This document shows, one piece after another, positions 53,428 through 64,000 of a stretch of DNA of 64,000 nucleotides. The stretch spans positions 10,416,001 through 10,480,000 of the forward strand of contig CM022672.1 in NCBI GenBank assembly GCA_012295275.1, written 5' to 3'. A program made the translations under genes and the position numbers. Source of the stretch: Chrysomallon squamiferum (taxonomy: Eukaryota > Animalia > Mollusca). The first letter of the stretch is position 1. Each line of letters begins with the position of its first letter. Under the pieces are notes generated by a model. It ran no database searches. It worked only from the letters and a program-made list of their open reading frames with translations, and had not been told where the DNA came from.

Positions 53428-54479
53428 TGATCACTGTTTTGTTTTATTGTGTGTATATATTGTGGCCACCATGAAGACTAGAGAACAGCAGCCTGTTTTG
53501 TTAATTTTATTTTTATTTTTATTTTTATTTTTATTTTTTTTTTTTTTTTATTTTTTTTTTTTTTTATTTTTTTTTTTTTTTTTTTTTCCAACTGCTTATG
53601 GCTGTTGTTAAACAAAATGTTTTGATCAGCTAAAGTTGAGATGGTATTTGTACTTGATTTCAGAAAATCCTTTTGTGTATATACTGTTTATATGCTGATG
53701 ATAATGACACTACTTGTATTAGAAATCTTTCAAGATTATAACTGGGCAGGTGCAGTAAAATTCCAACACTTAGTTGACAGCCAGAGCATCTTTATCCCAA
53801 CTAAATATATACTTAAAGTATAATTGCAAAATAAAATAACCATTTTATCTCCCTATCTCATTCTCTCCTCCCAATCTGATCATGAAGAACAGCTATACAT
53901 TATTTTTCTGTAAAGAGTTGAGTAATGTAGACATAAACAAGACGGGAAGAATTGACAGGTAAACTTTCTGTTTTCACATAACTACCACAGGACTGATTAC
54001 TACTGATTACTACTGATAACCGTTAGTCCAGGTGTTTACACTGATGTCAAACACAACAGTCTGGTTATGAGTCAATGTGATCATACTAAATTGATTAGAA
54101 AAACAAACACAATGGCTGACTTTAAAAAAAAGAAAAAAAAAAAAAAAGAAGTAATTTTTTTTAAACTTTAATACACATATGATTATTATCATTATCACAA
54201 GAAAATAGTGACCATTTGAAAAGAAATCAGAGATGACCTCTTTAGTACAGATGTAGATCTAACTTGTTGGTAGGTTGCAAGACAATATACTCAGCAGTTA
54301 AAAAAAATGTAGTAAATCTTTTTTTTTAGTTTGTGTCGAGGTGCACAAATTGTTTCATCACAGAAGGCAACTTTTATCTTGGTATTAGAAATGTGACTGT
54401 TAATATTTGATCTGTACATGACATGTACATAGCGATAAATCTGTACATACATTATCTTATACATAGATATCTTATTATT

Positions 54480-54513
<34 letters not shown>

Positions 54514-54811
54514 CTTATTATATAAAAATTGTTAAATCACAGTCATGGAAGTATGAAAAGCTTTTTATGTATTCTTGTTGGGTCACTGAATTTTATAAAT
54601 ATATTTATCCAAGAGCCTTATAGCTCAGGGATTGCGTTTTAGGTCTGTGGATTTTACAGAGTGAAAATAATTTCATATTTTTGTATAATCAGTCAATACC
54701 ACTAAATCAAACATGTCCTCTGTTTAGTTAGAGCTTTTTCATTCCTTGTAAGATTCAGGAAAATTATTTTTCTTTTTAATTTATTTAAAAAAAAAATTTG
54801 TTTAAATTATT

Positions 54812-54846
<35 letters not shown>

Positions 54847-55147
54847 GTTTTTAGTTGTTTAAGTTGTTTTGCACATCAATTTTGAGACAAAGATTTAATA
54901 TGTTAAAAGAATATGTATTGTTTAAATATTAAATATTAAATTAAAAAAGAAAGAATTGGTACACCTGTAGAAGTCACAGGCCTAGGAGACCAGGTTTTGT
55001 TTTGATATGAGAACTTTAAGCAAGTTTGTTAATGTTATCCAGCCAGTGTCTATATCAGTTCCCATATCTTTTATTTGAATATTTATTATCAACAGTGTCT
55101 TTTCTAAATAATATCTACTCCCCAGTTTTTAAATGTCAATGGAATCT

Positions 55148-55178
<31 letters not shown>

Positions 55179-58100
55179 ACTTTCTTAATAGTTGTTTTTC
55201 GGGGGGTTTCCTTTTTTTTTTTCCATTTTTTTTTTTTTTTTTTTTTTTTTTGAACAGAGATGCATTGAGGGAATCTTACTGCTTTTTTGATACATATTCT
55301 TTTTTAGAATGATACAAATAATATTTTTTTAAAAATTAAATAAATGTCACATACTTACATGCACAGTTTATATACAATCAGTGCTTTGTCAACAATTTTA
55401 CTATAATTGTATTGTTTATGTTATGTTGTTAATTGTTAGCGATGATTACCTTTTACAAAAAGATAAATGATGATCAATTTTGTGATGATTATTATTTTGG
55501 GGGTAGGGATTGTTGATTTTTTTTTTTTGGAGAAAATGCAGACATCATGCATCATATTATATCACAGATTTTTACAAAATTGAAAAAAGAAAAACATATA
55601 TATATATATTATACATATATGTGTATATGTATATATATATATAATTTTAAATCTTTCAGGTTGAAACTCTGGAAGTTTTATTTTACATTTTAATGTCAGG
55701 CCATCTCATAAATATTGTTATAAGTTCCTAATTTTAGTTGTTTTGTTTTATTTTATTGAAGAAATGAAACTTTTACTGTTGTCTTTTAATTCTTTACTTT
55801 TTTCTTTTTTTTAATGAGATATACAAGAATTTTTAAAGAAAAAAAAAAAAAAAAAAAAAAAAAAAAGATTAAATTAAAGACTTTTTTATGTAATTCATTC
55901 ATTTAATGAATTATGATCTGAACAAATATGATCAGGATAACTGAATGTTGACAAGTTATTTAATTTTTCTGAAAATACATCCATTTAAAAAAACAAAAAC
56001 AAATTGAGTTCATCACAGCAATTAAATTTTATAACAGTATATTCAAAAATAGTAACTTAGAGTACATACTGAAATTCACAAAATTGTATAATGGTAATCA
56101 GGAGTACAAATATATTAATTCATAAATCTTTATAATGGTAATTGAGAGTACATACAAACTGAAATTTACAATATTGTCTATATTTTTTAATTTTAAAAGC
56201 ATTCTACATTCATGTGCACTCCAAGACAGAAACTTTGGAAAAAGCAAAACCAATATTTGTTTAGCAAAGTATCTTTATAGTGCTATAAATAAAATATAAT
56301 CGAATGTGTATGGGTTTATTTTTCTAGGAGCTGATAATCATGCAACTGAAAAATATAATGATAACATTACTTGTGGGATGGCCTTATAATTGTTGACTTT
56401 ATCATTTGTTCATGTGAGTTTGAAGGAATAGTGCTAAATCTAAATGAAATGTTGAAATTATGTTTTCAATTTGTTGTCTAAAATAATATTTAGACAGGGA
56501 TTTTTCAGTTTAAATTAAAGTGCTAAACACTGTTAATAGTTACCTGGCCAAGTGCCTGTATTAAAACGTTTTTACCTTTTTGTTATAATAGCTGGTGCAT
56601 TTTATAATTATGTATGTTGTGTTTTATGACAAGACTCTGCAAACCCACATTCAGCAAATACTGGTCTTTTTTTTTTTCTTTTTTTTTTTTTTTTTTCAAT
56701 GCTTGTTGTTGACTGTCAATTTCTTTCTTGTTTAAATTATTTTCTGTTAACTTAATCAATTCAGTTCACCAGCAGCAAGTAATTAATATTACTTAACATT
56801 TTGGTTTTCCTTTTTATTTTAACTTGTTTTTCGTTTCTTTCTAATAATAGCCATTTTTTTATTTTTATTTGATTTTTACTTTTTTTTTTTTTTGATTTAT
56901 TTTTATTTTTTTTTTATTTTTTTTTTTTTCTTTGTTTGTTGTTTTTGTTCATTAAGAAAATATAAAAAGTGTTTTTGAATTATTAAATTATATTTCCATG
57001 TGTTGACCACACTTTTTAAATCCAGTTTTTTGTTGTATAAAGTCAAATACTGTGTTCACTTGTCATTAAATGTACTGATAATAATTAGAAATACACTTAA
57101 TATATCTGGTTTCAAACTACAAACTTTTGCCAACAAACACATGGCTTGGCTCTCTAAATGGTTTGTAGACTATTGTTTTTTAAAAATCTTAATGTCTGTG
57201 ACCACTCCTCAATCAAATGAATAAACTTTGTCAGAGAAGTAATCACTGATTTTCATCTTTTGTTTCGGAGGGGGTGAGGTTTGTTGTGTTTTTAATTTCT
57301 GTTGTAAATGTATACAGCTTGGTTAATGTATACAGTAACAGTCTCATGCTTACATATTCTAAGGAATGTGTTTGATTATATCTGAAAACTTGACACCAGC
57401 TTTTGATAAATACCAGACGATGTGCCTAGAGTTTTCTGTACTGCAGATAAAACATGGAACAAATATTTTAAAATGATGGTTATAAATAAATCGTTTTCAT
57501 ATTTTGTTAGCATTTTTGATCTTTTTAATATAGAATGTATTGAACACAAATAACAAAAACAAAAATTATATTTGTATGACAGTGTCAAAACTTGTCTTGA
57601 CAATGAATTCCAAGTTGTTTAAACAGATAATGACATCTTTTTCTATTTTTTTATTTTTATTATTTATTTATTTATTTATTTTTTGGGGTTAGATGATTGG
57701 TCATTATTCAACATATGCTGTCTATGATACTTTTAAGATTATATTGTTTTTAAAAACAACAGCATTTCATATCCTGAAAGCATAATCCTTATACCATCAA
57801 TTTAAAAAAATAATAATACTAAAAAATATAAAAAATAAAACTTATAGTATAATGCACATAATATTGTATATTCTACAACTGAAGCTGCCATGATTGTGCC
57901 CCTAAAAATCATAGAGTTCTTATTCTGTGAGCAGTGATCCAGTTCAATTACATATAAATGTCATTTTAAAAATAAATTAAAAATCAATATTTTGATAAAA
58001 TAATTCAAGTTAAAATACTGAATATCCAAACATAATTATTTACGTAGAAGATAAAAATAATCTGATTTGTGGTTCTCTGTTATTTGTGATGAGGTTCAAA

Positions 58101-58873
58101 GCACACTGAAGTATAGATAGATGATTATGCTTTCATATTCTGTGTTGGAGGATTTGTTTCTTTTTTTTTCTTTTTTTTCTTTTTTTTTTTTTTTTTTTCC
58201 CCACCCCTCTCTACTGTTTCTCTGAGGTTTGTCTGAGATCATCATACAAGATGTAAGAACATTTTACTGTTACTAAATTTGTTTCTTGTTTTGTGTTTCA
58301 ACATATGTGATGCAGTGTAAATTTTCTTGCTTGTAGACATTGTTGGTTATCTTTGTCAATTTAATAAAAAGAAAAAATATATATAATCTGTGATTTTTCA
58401 GTCTTGGTTCTCTTTTAATAATTAATTCTCTTTGGTTTGTTTGTTTTTTGTTTTGTAAAATAACTTGGGTGTTATTTTATTCTACATTCATGTTCACTAC
58501 AAAGAAAGAAATGTCATCTTTATTTATTTATTTATTTATTTATGAAATTAAGTAATTGAAAATTCATGTGTATCAGACTTTTCAAAATAACCTTTATGTG
58601 TAATGAATAACAGTAAATCATTTAAGTATATTTTACTTTCCACAGCAACATATGTCCTTAATGATGGGTTATTTTCTAAATGTCTATAATAAGGTTACAG
58701 TTTTGAAAATAATCTTCCATTAGATTCCAGCTGAAACAACACATTTCTGTTTGTCTACTTGCTATGAAACTGGCAGTTGTAAAACAAAATGTAAATTAAA
58801 AAGGGACAGAAGACTTTTTTTTTGTTGTTGTTTTTAAATTATACTCTTGAACATAACTTAACAATTTTAATTT

Positions 58874-58908
<35 letters not shown>

Positions 58909-61304
58909 TTACAAAATAAAAGATTCATTTTCATTTTTGTTTAGGATCCCAAAGTGATTTTTTTTTCATTTTTAAAATTTGTTCAAAATCAATAAGTAAT
59001 ACATTCATCATCATCAAAATGGCCAAGAAAGGAAGTGTACTGGGTATTTAGCAACACTGAAATTTTAGCAAACAAAAACAATCTTACAACTGTTTATATA
59101 CACTAAGGAATGAAAAATGCAAACTGTTTTTAGTTAGTGATTAAGTAGCCCAAATCTAATAAACTTTTAAGATTTAATTCATCCCTTATGATATATTTTT
59201 CCTTTATCACACACACACACACACACATTTAAGTATTTGATGTATTCCAATACAATTTTATTTTCATAGAAAACCATTGTTACATATACCTAAAGATTCA
59301 GCTAATAACAGAATTATATAACTATTTACTTTTGTTGTTTTTTATTTTTTTATTTCTGTAATTTTTTAATTTTTAATTTATTTTTATTTTTGATCATTAA
59401 ATATGTTTTTCTACTTTTTCTTTGTGTGAAATATTTTATACCATGGCACTGTTTATAATTCTATTATAAATTTGTCTTTTTGCTCTTTGCATTGTCATAC
59501 TTTGGTGGTTTAAAAAGTTCTGTTTTTATTAAAAGGTGAATGTTTTGTAGTCTTTTGCAAACCTATCTTTTTCATTATTCATTATTTATAAACGGTGCAT
59601 GTTTTAAATATATCAGCAGTTTTATATATGTTAAGGATAAAGATGTTTCATGCAATGTGAATGGGATGTTTGTTTATTTCTTTTATTTTGCACACACACA
59701 CAGACACACACACACACACACAGACACTTAAGTTTCTTAACATGAATCAGATACTTAGTTTTTATACGTCATGCTGCAAAATCTTGTTTCATCTTTCTAG
59801 AGGGTGTGGGGAAATAATTCTTAAAACTGTACTGGTCTCAAGCTTTCATTCACAATTGTAAGTGAGAAATAACTCAGACCGTTGAATATCCACAAATTGT
59901 ATTGTAAAAATAACTCGGAGTACGTACACACAGAAAGTCACAGTATTTTATAACAACTGAAGGTAAATGTACATTAATTTAAAATTATGTACAAGCATAA
60001 ACAATATTAATACACAGTCAATCTTGAAACAAATTCATATTTTGTATTGAAACACAACCAAACAAATGGAAATTATTGAGAAAAACTTTTATAACTAACA
60101 AGATGTATGATTACAAATTTTTTAATTTTTTTTGTTATTTGAAACAAACATATTATTTAAAATTTTGGACGAAGGCCATATCGTATGTTTTCTAAATGTT
60201 CTAAAATATTTTTGGATGTTTGAAACAGAAACTGGATGCTACATGTTATTGAGCTAATGTGTGTACATCAGATACATTTCTAAATTTACCTGACGACAGG
60301 TTCAGTGATTACAATATTGCAGTTGCTGTCAACATACTGGAACCAAGTTACATATAACATTTCATTGACAGTCTGATCAAAACAATTTTTTTTTTTTTTT
60401 TTTTTTTTTTACTTCTTTGAGTATTCATAAAATGTTACATTTTTTGATAATTATAATCTATGTATATTTTGCTTAAAAGATGAAATGTTAAAGATACTTA
60501 GCTGAAAAAAAGTTTACAAAAACCAACTATGTTTTATCCAAATAAGTAATGCAAGTCTGTCTTTTCCAAAGATTAATTAAAACTGTGATTTTTATAGAAG
60601 TAGAGTTGTTACTGACATGAAGAGACATATTATTATTAAAAAAAAAAAATACATCAATCATGGGTGTAGCTACTCACATAAAGACATTCATGTCTGAAAA
60701 AAGATACACAGTAAATGACTGAATGGAAGCCTGCCAGTGGTTGGTTAGATGCTGATTTTCAAAACTCCATTTCATACATGGCTTTCATACATTTGAAAAT
60801 TTCTTTTTTTTCTTCTTTAAAACAATCCTTGTTTGGTTTTTTTCTGATAATTTTAATAATGTCTGTAAGATTTTACAAATGTACTTATTTGAAACTACAC
60901 CTTTAACTTATCGGTGCTACAGTGAATATTAGAAATATATGTTCTAAACACAGAAATGAATTCTGTTCACATGATTTTAAACTTTGAAACAAGATATAAA
61001 AATTGCATCATTTCTTATTATTTTTTTATCAGAGTTATTTATTTAAGCAAACCAACAGAAATACAGTTTTAAATGAATTTTCCATACTAATATTAAGTCG
61101 GATATATATAAAACTACCCTAATTTTAGACAATAAAGTAATGAATAAAAGTTACAGTTCTTTTAACATCTTAATTTGTAACTAATTTAAGTTACTAGCTC
61201 TTTGTGTAAGTCTGAAACCTGAGAGAGTTTCTGCAAAGAGATAGCAACATTTCAAACAATTGCACCACACCTCAAGAATAGTTACCATACATATTATGTA
61301 CAAA

Positions 61305-61329
61305 TTATTATTACTACTACTACAGTTGC

Positions 61330-61386
<57 letters not shown>

Positions 61387-61540
61387 TATTATTATTATTA
61401 CTACTGTTATTGGGGTTTTTTATGTTTATTATTATTACTATTATTAGTATATATTATTATTTTTGTTGTTGTTATTGTTGTTATTATTATTATTAGTAGT
61501 AGTAGTAGTAGTAGTATTTATTATTATTATTATTATTATT
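61305..61540. repeat. (ATT)n/(AGT)n trinucleotide microsatellite
   Basis: Direct reading. Confidence 0.9.
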
Positions 61541-63579
61541 ACCACTGATCACTGATGACATTTTTACTATAGTAAGAAAAATTTATTCACTAGAATTTGT
61601 ATCGCATTATACTTCTTTACCTAATGATTTTTCTTTCACCAGTTTATTATGTAGCAGTTTCTCAGTTCATTATCATTTGTCTGCATTTCATAAATAGGAG
61701 TAGAATTATTTTTGGAATGAATACTGTAAATAAGGAATGTTTTTAAAATCTACTAAGAGGTTGTGTACATAATAACAGAACTGTATTATAATATTTTTGA
61801 TCTCCTTTCTGAGGCAGGGATTTCCTCTAATTTTGTTTTATTATTATCATTTTTTTTTTTTTTTTTTAAATTTGTCTAATTTTTTTCCCATTGTATTTCA
61901 TTATATTTTGGTCATTTAGAAATGTTACTAATACTGTGGTTTGAAGTGCGTTTGTCTTTAAAAGGAGTTTTCTTCTTACTGTTGTTACAGCCTTCGAGTA
62001 CACAAGTTGTAAATTATGCTTATGCAACATGATCAGTATTCTGCTGGCAGTTAAATGAGTGCAGTAATATACTCTACAGTGTTGTCAGTATGGCACATTT
62101 TAGACACTGAAACTTTTAAACTGTGGATTTTGTTGATGTTACAGGGATTATGACCCATTTGTTTTTAACTGTAATTAGTACTCATTCAGAAAACATAGAT
62201 CTTGTATTTACTTGAATTCTTTTACATATCTTGTTCTTTGAAGAATTTAAATTCTGCATTTTCTTTAGGTGAAAAGGGCTATTGCCCATTTAATATTGAT
62301 GATTCACATACCTTAAAAAAGTGAAGAATTTAGGTTCGAATTTTGCTAAAATGATAGACATCGTTATCTGCTTACATTAAAATGAAAGCCACAAGTGCCT
62401 TTTTGGGGGGTTTAAAAAAAATCAGTCTTCTTATTCCTTGAGAAACAACTTGGAATGATACCTAGCAGATCTGTAATTTATCATAGATTATTAAATACTG
62501 TGGCATTTTGGTTGTTCTTAAATAAAAATGGACTGTTCTGATTCAAGTTCTCGTCAGATTTCTTAGAATATATAAATACATACATCTATGCATTATGGAT
62601 GCGTTTTCTGTTTTCTTCTCCCTATCTTGTTGTTTCTGACAATTTCTGATTAGATAATCATAATGGTATATGAATCTGTACAAAATAAACAATACAAAGA
62701 GGGAATCAGAAATTGTTAAAGATTGTTTTCATATAGATTGGTACTCGGATTCAAATGGATTGGGGTGTAACTTGTCTTGGAAGGTTTTGAATGACTAGTT
62801 CATTTTTTTTTTTGTAGTCTATTTTATCATTCTAAAATGGATATTATTTAACATCCATAACAAATAGTAGGATAGTATGGTTGTTTTTTAAATAAATAAA
62901 TAAAATATGTATGTGTAGGGTTGACTGTGCTTGTTACCTTCTAAAGCTAAAGACAATTCTTTTTCAACTTGTACAGTGGACATATCTTGTGTAGTGTTTT
63001 TGCTTCAATCAAAATCTTCATCAATGTCTGATGCAGGTGTTTTGTTAAAAAAATAAGTCTTTTTAATTTTGCTACTTATACATGCATGTGCAATTACATT
63101 TTTACCATTTATATACATTTTTGATGCCATATTCAAATCATTTGTAATTAATTATAGGTACATTTGGAAGCATTTTAGTTACTATACTCACATTTTTGTC
63201 TTTATCCAAAAATGTGTATTAACAAAATGTGGAATTTTATATTTAAATTTTATAGCAGTATTTTTTTACAGATATAAATCACTTTTCGGCTATACAACTG
63301 TTAAATATATGTAGGAATTAACAGTTGGATTTTTTTTTTTTTTTTTTTTACATTAGTTAATAATTAATATTATTTTACTTTGAGAAAATATCTGTTTCTA
63401 GAATTTACTAAACTTCATAATTATAATCAGTCCAGAGTAAAAGTAGCTCTAACAAAACATAAAAAGAAGTGGACATTGAGAAAGTATAGACTTGCATATT
63501 TCTTTACTCCGTTTTTTTTTTTTTCATCTTTTGATTATTTGCCTGATGATTCATATGATAAATAATATTGATAATCATT

Positions 63580-63672
63580 TTTATTTTTATTATTATTATT
63601 ATTATTATTATTTTTATTTTTATTATTATTATTATTATTATTTTTATTTTTATTATTTTTTTATTATTATTA

Positions 63673-63720
<48 letters not shown>
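63580..63720. repeat. (ATT)n microsatellite
   Basis: Direct reading. Confidence 0.9.
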
Positions 63721-63721
<1 letters not shown>

Positions 63722-64000
63722 AACTACTTCTATGACTACAATTTCAGTGATGATGCTAAAACTCGTACAGAAGTATAAAATGTATTTGTCAGAAATAAAT
63801 GATAAGAGCAAGTTGATTCCATGTGGCCTGTGATACAAATGTACATAAAAATGAAATGTTGTGGAAGAAATAAAAACTGCCAGTCGGTTGTTGTTCTTTG
63901 TTTTTGCTTTTTCATTTAAATCTTTTTTCTTTTATTATTAATACATGTATTTCTTTTTGTAATTTGTTTTGTTTGTTTGTTGTTTTTTTTTTTTTTTTTT

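Noticed and set aside
61960-62280. Additional acceptor-like or AG|GT sites (61990, 62268; also 1772, 9511, 11452, 55659)
   Set aside because: The donor halves or pyrimidine tracts are weak, such motifs are expected by chance in T-rich DNA, and no linked ORF was found.
53428-64000. FTZ-F1 3' UTR end, or a second gene downstream
   Set aside because: AATAAA hexamers are too frequent to pick a poly(A) site; the ORFs here are low-complexity microsatellite or poly-T translations.

Overview
AT-rich, microsatellite-rich animal (invertebrate) genomic DNA. A mollusc is suspected from the repeat families but not proven. The only clear gene is a + strand, intron-containing NR5A/FTZ-F1 nuclear receptor with coding exons 48479-48607, 49665-49805, 50461-51124, 51930-52034, 52641-52794 and 53180-53427. 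Its hinge exon carries an apparent 1-nt frameshift. Two candidate alternative 5' ends exist: a 36-nt microexon at 47241-47276, and a TATA-driven first exon with an ORF at 48235-48364. The 47 kb upstream looks like a very long 5' intron or intergenic region. It holds two perfect, same-strand TTTTCAG|GTAAGT motifs (3530/3531 and 28806/28807) that look like recursive-splicing ratchet points, the most notable observation here. It also holds two adjacent, sequence-related tandem arrays (~2.02 kb x ~3.2 and ~826 bp x 11) built from decayed minus-strand coding relics plus a MULE transposase fragment. Other upstream elements are a second MULE relic, MITEs, SINE-like copies, minisatellites, and a CpG-rich patch partly enclosed by a 185-bp inverted repeat. 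Almost all other ORFs in the supplied track are spurious.
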